A stretch of DNA of 64,000 bases, from positions 303,344-367,343 of the forward strand of contig CBDBMB010000002.1 of the NCBI GenBank assembly GCA_965207305.1, read 5' to 3'. Of this stretch, positions 7,954 to 18,651 are shown in pieces (within the stretch, counting starts at the first letter, position 1; the number at the start of each line of letters is the position of its first letter). The notes beneath the pieces were generated by a model, which saw nothing but the letters and a program-made list of their open reading frames with translations, ran no database searches and was not told where the DNA came from. Origin of the DNA: Dehalococcoidia bacterium. GTDB taxonomy: Bacteria > Chloroflexota > Dehalococcoidia > Lucifugimonadales > JAGWBF01. A program made the position numbers and the translations under genes.

Positions 7954-8925
7954 ATGAAGGCAGCACACCTGGCCGGTCCCAAGCGCTTCGAGATGGTGGA
8001 CGCGGAGATGCCCGTCGCCCGGGACGGGGAGTGCCTCATCAGGCTGGAGTGCGTGTCCATATGCGGCAGTGACATCCGGCACGGGTACGGGGACTTCCAT
8101 CCCGAGGAGGAGTACCCCCTCATCCTGGGCAAGCCCTGCCACGAGTGCGCCGGCACGGTGGTGGAGAGCCGCACCGACGAGTTCAGGGAGGGACAGCGGG
8201 TCATCGTCCTGCCCGAATCGGACAAGGGCGGTCTCGTCGAGTACATCGCATCGGCCCCCGGCCGCATGATAGGTCTGCCCGACCACGGGGACCTGGCCGA
8301 GTGGGTCATGTGCCAGCCCTCGGGCACCGTCCTCTACTCGTGCCAGCAGATGGGCAGCGTGCTGGGCAAGAACGTGGTGATCATGGGACAGGGCGCAATC
8401 GGTCTGTCCTTCACCATGCTGACGGCCAAGCAGGGGGCCCTGAAGGTGATCGCGGTGGACCCCCTGGACAACCGCCTGGAGCTGGCCAGGGAGCTGGGAG
8501 CCACCCACACCATCAACCCAGACCGGGAGAACGTGCTGGAGGCGGTGGCCGAGCTGACACGGGGTGAGGGCGCGGACGTGACCGTCGAGGCCGCGGGCTA
8601 CCCGGACACCCTGGACCTGGCCTTCCGGCTGGTCCGCCAGCACGGCAGGGTGGTGATATTCGGGATGCAGTCCGACGACATCCTGCCCGTGGACACCAGG
8701 CCGTGGATGCAGCTACAGCCCACCATCATCCCCACCACCGGGGCGCGCACGGCGAACCCCACGCTGCACATCGAGAGCATCGTCGAGCTCACGGACCGGG
8801 GCTGGATAGACCCCTCCAGGATGATAACCCACCGGATGGGCTTCAACGCCGAGGACATCAACCGGGCCTACCAGATGTACGAGGAGCACACGGACGGCAT
8901 CGTCAAGGTCGTCATGACCCTGTAG
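7954..8925 (+). CDS. zinc-dependent medium-chain alcohol/polyol dehydrogenase
   Basis: The track ORF is 7894..8925; the ATG at 7954 follows an AGGAG RBS. Motifs are ICGSDIRHG, CHECAG and the GxGxxG-like MGQGAIGL. Confidence 0.85.
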   Translation: MKAAHLAGPKRFEMVDAEMPVARDGECLIRLECVSICGSDIRHGYGDFHPEEEYPLILGKPCHECAGTVVESRTDEFREGQRVIVLPESDKGGLVEYIASAPGRMIGLPDHGDLAEWVMCQPSGTVLYSCQQMGSVLGKNVVIMGQGAIGLSFTMLTAKQGALKVIAVDPLDNRLELARELGATHTINPDRENVLEAVAELTRGEGADVTVEAAGYPDTLDLAFRLVRQHGRVVIFGMQSDDILPVDTRPWMQLQPTIIPTTGARTANPTLHIESIVELTDRGWIDPSRMITHRMGFNAEDINRAYQMYEEHTDGIVKVVMTL

Positions 8926-8973
8926 GGCCGGGGCGCCTATCCAGGGAGGCCCGGGGAGGCCAGGTGAGCCCTG

Positions 8974-10113
8974 CTACCCCTCGGAGGCGAAACGCCCGAG
9001 CTTGAACAGCCCCAGGTCGTGCCCCGTGTGTCCCCTGGTCGCCAGGTCCGCCATTATCTCCCCGACCACGCTGCAGAACTTGAAGCCGTGGCCCGAGAAG
9101 CCCGCGGCGATGGACACCTGGGGCAGGTCCGGGTGGACGTCCAGGATGAAGTGCTCGTCCGGCGTGTTGGTGAATATGCAGGTCTTCAGCATGGTGGCCG
9201 GCCCCGAGGCCTGGGGGAAGCAGCGGTCGGTGAAGTCCCGGAGGACCTTCTCGTCCACCGCGTTGGGCTGCCGGTCCATGGTGTCGGGGTCGACGGCCTC
9301 GGAGAGGTGGTGGAACCGCCCCACCTTGAACCCGGGCACCCCGAACACCGGGAACCCGTAGTACTTTTCGGTCTCGGACACGGCCACGTTGAACACGGGA
9401 AACACCGATGGGGTGAACAGCTCGGGCCGCAGGGGTTGGAACCAGCCCAGCACCTGCCTCTCCGGCGTCAGGAGGTTGTCCAGCTCCGGCAGCAGCCGCC
9501 CCGTCCAGGACCCGCCGCAGACGACCAGCCGCCCCGCGGAGTAGGTCCCGCGCTCCGTCCGCACCTCCACTCCTTCTCCCCTGGGCTCCCAGGACAGCGC
9601 CCGCTCGCGGCCGTGCACCTCGCCTCCCGCCGCGACGGCTGCGTTCACGTGGGCTACGATGCATTTCTCGGGTATCAGGAACCCGCCGTCGGGCTGGTAG
9701 TTGGCCAGCGTTTCCTCGGGAAGGTTGTACCCGGGGAACCGGCGGGCCAGCTCCCTGCTGGTCAGCAGCTCATGGGGGAGGTCGTGGGTCTCGCAGGACG
9801 CCACGGAGCCCCGGATCACCGAACCCTGCGGCGGCCCGGCGTCCACCGAGCCGGTGGTGACCAGCAGGGTTTCTTGAGCTTCCTTCTCCAGGTCCCGCCA
9901 CAGCTCGAAGGCCCGGCGGAGCAGGGGAACGTAGGAGGGGTCCTCGTAGTAGGCCAGGCGGATGATGCGCGTGACCCCGTGGGAGGAGCCCATGTCGTGG
10001 GGGATGTCGTACCGCTCCAGGCCCAGCACCTTCAGGCCGCGCCGGGCCAGGTGGTACAGGGCCGCGCTGCCCATTCCCCCCACGCCCAGCACGATGGCGT
10101 CATACGAGGGCAT
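8974..10113 (-). CDS. FAD-dependent amine oxidase (monomeric sarcosine / N-methyltryptophan oxidase-like)
   Basis: Start MPSYDAIVLGVGGMGSA (dinucleotide fold) after a GGAGAG RBS. C-terminal GFSGHGFKFC is typical of the MSOX/SolA family. Confidence 0.8.
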   Translation of the reverse strand: MPSYDAIVLGVGGMGSAALYHLARRGLKVLGLERYDIPHDMGSSHGVTRIIRLAYYEDPSYVPLLRRAFELWRDLEKEAQETLLVTTGSVDAGPPQGSVIRGSVASCETHDLPHELLTSRELARRFPGYNLPEETLANYQPDGGFLIPEKCIVAHVNAAVAAGGEVHGRERALSWEPRGEGVEVRTERGTYSAGRLVVCGGSWTGRLLPELDNLLTPERQVLGWFQPLRPELFTPSVFPVFNVAVSETEKYYGFPVFGVPGFKVGRFHHLSEAVDPDTMDRQPNAVDEKVLRDFTDRCFPQASGPATMLKTCIFTNTPDEHFILDVHPDLPQVSIAAGFSGHGFKFCSVVGEIMADLATRGHTGHDLGLFKLGRFASEG

Positions 10114-10258
10114 TTCTCTCTCCGTATCGTCGGGATGTGGCCGCTTGTCGAACAAAAGGCTATGCCACCGACGCCGGGAAGTCAAGGAGCGCCGGGGCTG
10201 GCGTGCGCCGCCGGGGACGTGCTATCGTGTACCCGGAATAACGGCGGGAGGACACGAC

Positions 10259-10681
10259 ATGGCCAAGATAAAGCACATCGCCATCGCCACCCAGGACGCG
10301 GACAAGACCGCCCGGTTCTACATCGACGTCATGGGCCTCAAGGAGGCGGGGAAGATAGACAGCGCCAACGCCTCCGGATACTACCTGACCGACGGCAACA
10401 TCAACATGGCCATACTGAACTTCAAGAACGACCAGGTGGCCGGCCCCGAGTACGGCGTCGGATACAGCGGCATCCACCACATCGGCTTCGAGGTGGAGGA
10501 CCTGGACGAGGTGTCCGGCAGGCTGGAGGAGGCGGGCTCGAAGCCCCGTGACGAGATCAACAAGGCCCTGGGCGTCGGCATGGACGGCCCCCGTCACGCC
10601 AACGTCGAGGTCAAGTACGGCGGCCCCGACGGCGTCATCATCGACGTGTCCCAGACGGGCTGGGTCGGGACCGGCGGCTAG
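10259..10681 (+). CDS. VOC/glyoxalase-family protein
   Basis: MAKIKHIAIATQDADKTARFY..., GIHHIGFEVEDLD; GGGAGG RBS. The track ORF 9962..10681 has a spurious N-terminal extension. Confidence 0.8.
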   Translation: MAKIKHIAIATQDADKTARFYIDVMGLKEAGKIDSANASGYYLTDGNINMAILNFKNDQVAGPEYGVGYSGIHHIGFEVEDLDEVSGRLEEAGSKPRDEINKALGVGMDGPRHANVEVKYGGPDGVIIDVSQTGWVGTGG

Positions 10682-10724
10682 GGCGCCCGCAAGGCTTCCC
10701 CAGCCTGGATGAGTTGCTCCGGGC

Positions 10725-11438
10725 CTATCCCAGGTGCTTGTTGAAGAAGGCGATGGTCCTGGGCCAGGACTCCTCCACGACGGCGGGGCGGTGGTCCGTG
10801 GGGTTGGTGTGGTCCATGAAGGAGTGTCCGGCCCCCTGGTAGTTGTGGAACTCGTGGTCCTTCCCCAGCCGGGTCAGCTCCGCGTCCAGCTTGCGCATGT
10901 CATCCTGTGACGGGTTGGCGTCGGTCACGCCGAAGTGGAACAGGACGGCTCCCTGTATCTCCGCCGACCTACCGAAGGGCGTGGCCGTGACCCCTTCGCC
11001 CCACGGGACCATGATGTTGCCCCCGTAGTAGGGCACCGATGCCTGGAAGGCGGAGTTTGCCGCGGCCATCAGCCAGACGACCCGTCCGCCCATGCAGAAG
11101 CCCACGATGCCCAGCTTCTCGCCCCGGATGGACCTGTGGCCCTGGAGGAAGTCCACGGTGGCGTTGACGTCCACCTCTATCTGGCCGTCGTGGAGGCGCT
11201 CCCACGGAGGGGCCGAGCGCAGGGGGCTGTCCTCGGGGATCCGGTGGAACAGGTCGGGCGCTGCCGCGGCGAATCCGTCCCCCGCCAGCTTGTCGGCCAT
11301 GGCCCTGGTGAACTGGTCCACCCCGGAGCCATGGTGTATCACCACGACCCCTGGAAAGGGACCGGACCCGCTGGGCACGCTGACGTACATGTCCATCTTG
11401 TCCCCGTCTACCTGAATGCTCTCCCAGAACGATGGCAT
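10725..11438 (-). CDS. dienelactone hydrolase family protein
   Basis: 237 aa; AAGGAGG RBS. The GFCMGG nucleophile elbow with Cys is typical of DLH. Confidence 0.85.
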   Translation of the reverse strand: MPSFWESIQVDGDKMDMYVSVPSGSGPFPGVVVIHHGSGVDQFTRAMADKLAGDGFAAAAPDLFHRIPEDSPLRSAPPWERLHDGQIEVDVNATVDFLQGHRSIRGEKLGIVGFCMGGRVVWLMAAANSAFQASVPYYGGNIMVPWGEGVTATPFGRSAEIQGAVLFHFGVTDANPSQDDMRKLDAELTRLGKDHEFHNYQGAGHSFMDHTNPTDHRPAVVEESWPRTIAFFNKHLG

Positions 11439-11472
11439 GGCGTCCTCCTTGTGCCCGGTTGCCGGGCCTCGG

Positions 11473-13038
11473 TTATTGGGTCCTAATCAGGTCCGCCACC
11501 CGCTCGCCGATCATGAGGCTGGTGGCGTTGGTGTTGGCCCGGATCACGTCCGGCATTATGGAGGCGTCGGCCACGCGCAGCCCCTCGACTCCGTGGACCC
11601 GCCCGTGCTGGTCCACCACCGCCGTGGGGTCGGTCGACGGCCCCATCTTGCAGGTCCCCGACACGTGGTAGCAGGTGCGGGCGTTCCGCAGGAGCCACGC
11701 GTCCAAGGCGGCGTCGGTGGCCAGGTCGTCGTCGGTGGGGGTGATCCGCCCTGCCACGACCTTCCCGAGCTGGGGTCCCTCGGCCATGCGCACGTGCAGG
11801 CGGACCGAGTCCCGCATCCGCTTGATATCGAAGGGGTCGGCCAGGTACCTGAAGTCCATGTGCGGCTGGGTGTGAGGGTCCCTGGATGTGAGGGAGAGAT
11901 CTCCCGCACCCACGGCCAGGTAGAGGCCGCAGTTGATGGACACGCCCTCGCCCTCCAGGGCGCTGCCCCCGTACTTGACCCTGGAGGCGAAGTTGGAGGG
12001 GTTGATGACCATGTCCTCCGGCAGGTCCGAGCCCTCGGACGTGTAGCGGAGGATGACGTGCTGGCGGGTGCCCTCGGGGTGGAGCTGTACGCCGTCGCGC
12101 ACCGCCAGCACCACGGGCACGGCGGAGTGGTCCCGCATGTTCCCGCCTACGCCGGGGGACGCATGGACCACTGGAATGCCCAGGGACCGCAGGCTGTCGG
12201 CGGGCCCCACTCCCGAGAGCATCAGGAGCTGGGGGGAGCCGACCGCGCCGGCGGAGAGGACGATCTCGCCCCCCTCGACGGTGAACGTCTCGCCGCCGCT
12301 CTCCACCTCCACCCCCACCGCCCTGTTGCCGTCGAAAAGGACCCGGGTGACGTGGGCGTTGGCGCGGATGGTGAGGTTCAGGCGGTGGCGGTTGGGGTTG
12401 ATGTAGGTGAGGGCCGTGCTCTGGCGGACGCCGTCCACGTTGTTCTCGCACCGGGGGCTCAGGCCGGTGTGCCGCGGATGGTTCACGTCCGGGTGCTCGG
12501 GGAACCCGGCGGCCAACGCGGCCTCGTAGAAGGCCTCGGAGAAGGGGTACCAGCTCTCCCTCTTGTGCCTGTGGACGCGGATGGGGCCGTCGGAGCCGTG
12601 GTACTTGGCCTCTATCCCCGCCGTACCCACGTCCTCGTCGGTCTCCATCTTCCTGAAGTAGGGCAACACCCTTTCGAAGGACCACAGGTCGTTCCCGGCG
12701 GCCGCCCATGCGTCGTAGTCGGCGGGGACTCCCCGGAAGAACATCGGGCCCGGGCCGTTGTGGGCGCTGCACCCTCCCATGACCTTGGCCCTGGGCACCA
12801 GCATGGGCTCTTCCAGCTGTGGCGTGGCGATGCCCACGTAGTTCCAGCTATGGCCCGCGTCCTTCTGGAAGGCGGCCTCGGTGGTGCTGTACTTGAGGTC
12901 GTCGGGCAGGTGCTCGAAGTCCGGGTAGTCGGGGCCCGCCTCCAGCAGGAGGACGGACCGGCCCGGGTCCTCGGACAGCCTGGTTGCCAGGACGCCCCCG
13001 CCGGAGCCCGCCCCCACCACTATGACGTCGTACTTCAC
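11473..13038 (-). CDS. GMC family oxidoreductase (choline dehydrogenase-like), copy 1
   Basis: GTG start at 13038 gives VKYDVIVVGAGSGGG. C-terminal HVSGTCKMGP and ADASIMP are present. The start overlaps the upstream stop (TAGTG). Confidence 0.85.
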   Translation of the reverse strand: MKYDVIVVGAGSGGGVLATRLSEDPGRSVLLLEAGPDYPDFEHLPDDLKYSTTEAAFQKDAGHSWNYVGIATPQLEEPMLVPRAKVMGGCSAHNGPGPMFFRGVPADYDAWAAAGNDLWSFERVLPYFRKMETDEDVGTAGIEAKYHGSDGPIRVHRHKRESWYPFSEAFYEAALAAGFPEHPDVNHPRHTGLSPRCENNVDGVRQSTALTYINPNRHRLNLTIRANAHVTRVLFDGNRAVGVEVESGGETFTVEGGEIVLSAGAVGSPQLLMLSGVGPADSLRSLGIPVVHASPGVGGNMRDHSAVPVVLAVRDGVQLHPEGTRQHVILRYTSEGSDLPEDMVINPSNFASRVKYGGSALEGEGVSINCGLYLAVGAGDLSLTSRDPHTQPHMDFRYLADPFDIKRMRDSVRLHVRMAEGPQLGKVVAGRITPTDDDLATDAALDAWLLRNARTCYHVSGTCKMGPSTDPTAVVDQHGRVHGVEGLRVADASIMPDVIRANTNATSLMIGERVADLIRTQ

Positions 13039-14582
13039 TAGCGGCCCTCCTTGATGAAGTCGGCGATGCGCTCGCCGATGAGTATGGTGGTGGCGTTGGT
13101 GTTTGCCCGGGTGACGTTGGGCATGATGGAGGCGTCCGCCACCCGCAGGCCCTCCAGCCCGTGGACACGGCCGTACTGGTCCACCACCGTCATGGGGTCC
13201 GATGCGGGCCCCATCTTGCACGTGCCGCTCAGGTGCTGCGACGTGGTCACGTTGTTGCGCATCCAGGCGTCCAGGGTGTCGTCCGATTCCAGGTCGGCGT
13301 CGGTGGGCTCCAGGCGCTCCTTGATTATGTCCCTGTAGGCCTCCTGCTCCACCACGTCCAGTATGATGCGCACCCCGTCGCGGAGACGCCTCAGGTCCGA
13401 GGGGTCTTCCAGGAACCGGTACACCAGGCTGGGTTGCACGTGGGGGTCCGGCGACGTCAGCTTCACCTCGCCGGACCCGGCGGCCAGCTCCAGCACGGCG
13501 GAGAGGCGGAAGTCCTCGCCGGGATAGGTCAGGTCCCCCATGGGCGTGGAGAAGGAGTTCGCCACGGTCTGCATGTCGTTCCGCAGGTCCGAGCCCGGAG
13601 CCGTGTAGCGCAGGCCCACCTGGGACCTGGGGGCGCTGTAGTCCATGGGGAAGCCGTCCCTGGCGCTGAACCGGACGGGCACCTGTGGATGGTCCCGGTA
13701 GTTTTGGCCGACCCCGGAAAGGCCGTGGACCAGGGGAACGCCCACCTCGGCCAGGTGCTCCGGCGGCCCCACCCCCGACAGCATCAGGAGTTGGGGAGAG
13801 GCGATGGAGCCGCTGGACAGGACGATCTGCTCACCCTCCACCGTGAACCTCTCGCCGCCGCTCTCCACCTCCACGCCCGCGGCCCGCCTTCCCTCGAAGA
13901 TGATGCGGCGCGCCAGCACGTTGGGGCGGATGGTCAGGTTCAGCCGGTGGCGCACCGGGTTGACGTAGGCCAGGGCCGTGCTTATGCGCAGCCCGTCCAC
14001 GTTGTTCATGGGTATCGGCCCGACCCCGGTGGAGTCGGGGTTGTTCATGTCCTCGTCGGCCGGGAAGCCGGCGGCGACGCACGCCTCGTAGAAGGCGGCC
14101 TGCAGGGGCTCCCACGTCTCCCTCTTGTGGCGGCGGACGGTGGTAGGGCCGTCGGTGCCGTGGAAGTCGTCGTGGATGTCCTGGTCGGTCTCCATCTTGC
14201 GGAAGTAGGGGAGGAGCTTGACGTAGCTCCACTCGTCGTTGCCCTGGGCGGCCCACGAGTCGTAGTCCTCGGGCAGCCCCCGGAGGAAGACCTGGCCGTT
14301 GATGGCGCTGGTGCCGCCCATCACCTTGCCCCTGGGCACCAGCATGTCCCCCGGCCGGTCGTGCCTGGGCTTCCCTACGAAGGCCCAGTTGTGGGCCCCG
14401 GTCTGCAGGGACGCCAGCTCCGAGCTGTAGCCGTCCTTCAGGTCCTCGGGGAGCTGGTCCACGTTGGGGTAGTCGGGCCCTGCCTCCAGGAGGAGCACCG
14501 ACCTGCCGGGGTCCTCGGACAGGCGCGCGGCCAGGGCGCACCCGGCGGAGCCGGCGCCTACGATAACGACGTCGTACCTCAT
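13038..14582 (-). CDS. GMC family oxidoreductase (choline dehydrogenase-like), copy 2
   Basis: ATG at 14582 after GGGAGG gives MRYDVVIVGAGSAGC. HLSGTCKMGP and ADASIMP are present. Confidence 0.85.
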   Translation of the reverse strand: MRYDVVIVGAGSAGCALAARLSEDPGRSVLLLEAGPDYPNVDQLPEDLKDGYSSELASLQTGAHNWAFVGKPRHDRPGDMLVPRGKVMGGTSAINGQVFLRGLPEDYDSWAAQGNDEWSYVKLLPYFRKMETDQDIHDDFHGTDGPTTVRRHKRETWEPLQAAFYEACVAAGFPADEDMNNPDSTGVGPIPMNNVDGLRISTALAYVNPVRHRLNLTIRPNVLARRIIFEGRRAAGVEVESGGERFTVEGEQIVLSSGSIASPQLLMLSGVGPPEHLAEVGVPLVHGLSGVGQNYRDHPQVPVRFSARDGFPMDYSAPRSQVGLRYTAPGSDLRNDMQTVANSFSTPMGDLTYPGEDFRLSAVLELAAGSGEVKLTSPDPHVQPSLVYRFLEDPSDLRRLRDGVRIILDVVEQEAYRDIIKERLEPTDADLESDDTLDAWMRNNVTTSQHLSGTCKMGPASDPMTVVDQYGRVHGLEGLRVADASIMPNVTRANTNATTILIGERIADFIKEGR

Positions 14583-14621
14583 TGTCCTCCCATCGGGGCC
14601 CTCCCGCGGGGCCCGGCCGGG

Positions 14622-14648
14622 CCCGTTGTCCAAGCCCCGTTGTCCAAG
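14622..14648 (-). promoter_or_regulatory. tandem 13-nt direct repeat in the GMC operon leader
   Basis: CCCGTTGTCCAAG at 14622-14634 and 14636-14648 (perfect copies, 1 nt apart). They lie between the -10 at 14684-14689 and the start codon at 14582. Confidence 0.6.
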
Positions 14649-14683
14649 AGGGCCGGGGGCTGCGCGCCGCGGGCTTGGCCCTC

Positions 14684-14692
14684 ATTATAGCA
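14684..14692 (-). promoter_or_regulatory. extended -10 promoter element TGCTATAAT (minus strand)
   Basis: The rev-comp of 14684-14692 reads TGCTATAAT. The same 9-mer occurs at 34101-34109 (+) and 54361-54369 (-). Confidence 0.5.
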
Positions 14693-14824
14693 AACGGCCA
14701 GGGCCAGGGGGCTATCGAGATGCCGGAGGGCCGTGGTAAGGCCGGGCACAAGGCGCCCTTTTTCTCATATAATGACGAGAGATAGGCCCCTGGGGCCGCA
14801 CTTTGGGTTTCGAGTAGGACCCTC

Positions 14825-15850
14825 ATGAAGATATGCTCTCTCATCCCCAGCGGCACCGAGATCGCCTTTGCCCTGGGCCTCGGCGACCAGGTCGTGGGGG
14901 TCACGGACATCTGCGACTACCCGCCCGAAGCCGCGGCCAAGTTCGTGGTCAGCCGCAGCCTCGTGGACCCGTCGGTCCTCTCCAGCGACGAGGTTGAGCG
15001 GCGCATGAAGGAGCTTGCCGACGAGGGCAGGCCCACCCACGAGGTCGACGCCGGTTGGCTGGAGAGGGAGAGGCCGGACCTGGTCCTGACCCAGGACGTG
15101 TGCGCCCTGTGCGACGTGGATGCCTCCCAGGTGCGGGAGGCCGTGGCCGCGTGCAGCATTCACCCCAACGTCGTGGTCCTGAGCCCCAAAACGGTTTCGG
15201 GCATCTTCGCTTCCATCCGGGAGGTGGGGCAGGCGGCGGGCGTCTCCGCCAGGGCGGAGAGCCTGGTCTCCGACCTGCAAGCGCGCCTCTACAGGACCAC
15301 GGCCGCTGCGGCCAGGGCCACGAGGAAGCCCGAGGTATTCTCCCTGGAGGGTGTGAACCCGTTGGTCGTCGGCGGCCACTGGATTCCCGAGATGAAGCTG
15401 CTGGCCGGCGGTAGGGACCGCTGGTTCTCGCCGGGATGTCCCGCAGCCCGCCTGGAGTGGTCGCAGGTGCTGGAGGCCGACCCCGAGGTGCTGCTCCTGA
15501 CCCTCTGCTCCTCCGACCTGGCCCGGGGCCTGAGGGAGGCCGGCTGGCTCGCCGACCAGGAGGGTTGGTGGGACCTGAGGGCCGTTCGCAGCGGCGAGGT
15601 CTACATGATCGAGCACGTGTACTTCAGCAGGCCCGGTCCCCGCGTCATCGACGGCATCGAGATACTGGCCCAGCTCATGCACCCGGACCTGTTCTCCGGA
15701 CTCGTGCCCCCGGAGACCGTGCTGAAGCTGGAGCCCGGGCCCTCCCCCGGCGCCTCCGGGGACCTGGCCGACCGCTTTCGCCCCTACCCAACCCGTCTTT
15801 CCGGCGAAGGCCGGAATCCAGGGGTGGGGAGCGGACCATCCAGAGGCTGA
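14825..15850 (+). CDS. BtuF/TroA-like periplasmic-binding-protein-fold protein without signal peptide
   Basis: MKICSLIPSGTEIAFALGLGDQVVGVTDICDYP (class III PBP N-terminus). There is no hydrophobic leader and no adjacent permease or ATPase. The last roughly 50 aa are low complexity and read into REP copy 2. Confidence 0.7.
   Translation: MKICSLIPSGTEIAFALGLGDQVVGVTDICDYPPEAAAKFVVSRSLVDPSVLSSDEVERRMKELADEGRPTHEVDAGWLERERPDLVLTQDVCALCDVDASQVREAVAACSIHPNVVVLSPKTVSGIFASIREVGQAAGVSARAESLVSDLQARLYRTTAAAARATRKPEVFSLEGVNPLVVGGHWIPEMKLLAGGRDRWFSPGCPAARLEWSQVLEADPEVLLLTLCSSDLARGLREAGWLADQEGWWDLRAVRSGEVYMIEHVYFSRPGPRVIDGIEILAQLMHPDLFSGLVPPETVLKLEPGPSPGASGDLADRFRPYPTRLSGEGRNPGVGSGPSRG
15792..15830. repeat. 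REP-like hairpin element, copy 2
   Basis: CCCGTCTTTCCGGCGAAGGCCGGAATCCAGGGGTGGGGA with hairpin TTCCGGC-GAAG-GCCGGAA (15799-15816). It lies inside the 3' end of the 14825..15850 ORF. Confidence 0.8.
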
Positions 15851-15955
15851 GAGGGCCCCGCGGCCCGGCCTTCAGCCCTACTCCTCCGGAGGCCCGGCCC
15901 CCCAAGGGTCACCAGGATCGGGCTTGCTCCTTGGGGGACTTTCGCGGCGGTCTGA

Positions 15956-18067
<2,112 letters not shown>

Positions 18068-18079
18068 GGCCATCCGGCA

Positions 18080-18637
18080 ATGCGGCTCATCGTAGGCCTG
18101 GGCAACCCCGGCAGAAGATACGCCAACAGCCGCCACAACGTGGGGTTCCGGTGCGTGGAGCACATGGCCCGGGAGTGGAACGTGCCCTTCAGGGAGAGGC
18201 GCAAGCTGGCGGCCCTGGGCCGGGGCTCGGTGGACGGGCACGAGGTGGTCCTGGCCAAGCCCAGGACCTTCATGAACGACAGCGGCGCCGCCGTGGCCTA
18301 CCTGCTCACCCGCTTCGCATCCAAACCCGGCGACCTGCTCGTAGTTTACGATGAGATGGACCTGCCCCTTGGCAAGGTGCGAATCCGCAGGGGCGGCAGC
18401 GCGGCGGGACACAACGGCGTCCGGTCGGTCATCGACGCAATCGCAAGCCAGGAGTTCCCCAGGATCAGGATGGGTATCGGCAAGGCCCCCGAGGGCATCG
18501 CCGGCATGGACCACGTCCTGAAGCCCTTGAGATCAGACGAGCGCGGTGTCATAGAGGAGTCGGTGACGATGGTGGAGCAGGCCGTGCGGTGCCTGCTGGA
18601 TGAGGGGATCGAGACGGCAATGGGCAGGTTCAACTGA
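18080..18637 (+). CDS. pth: peptidyl-tRNA hydrolase
   Basis: MRLIVGLGNPGRRYANSRHNVGF and GHNGVRS motifs; 185 aa. Confidence 0.95.
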   Translation: MRLIVGLGNPGRRYANSRHNVGFRCVEHMAREWNVPFRERRKLAALGRGSVDGHEVVLAKPRTFMNDSGAAVAYLLTRFASKPGDLLVVYDEMDLPLGKVRIRRGGSAAGHNGVRSVIDAIASQEFPRIRMGIGKAPEGIAGMDHVLKPLRSDERGVIEESVTMVEQAVRCLLDEGIETAMGRFN

Positions 18638-18651
18638 CAGGCCCTCGGCGG

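Noticed and set aside
11416-14690. Long plus-strand ORFs (11416..13041, 13161..14690) antisense to the two GMC oxidoreductase genes
   Set aside because: They are shadow ORFs with Gly/Val/His/Pro-rich nonsense composition. The minus strand carries canonical GMC motifs.
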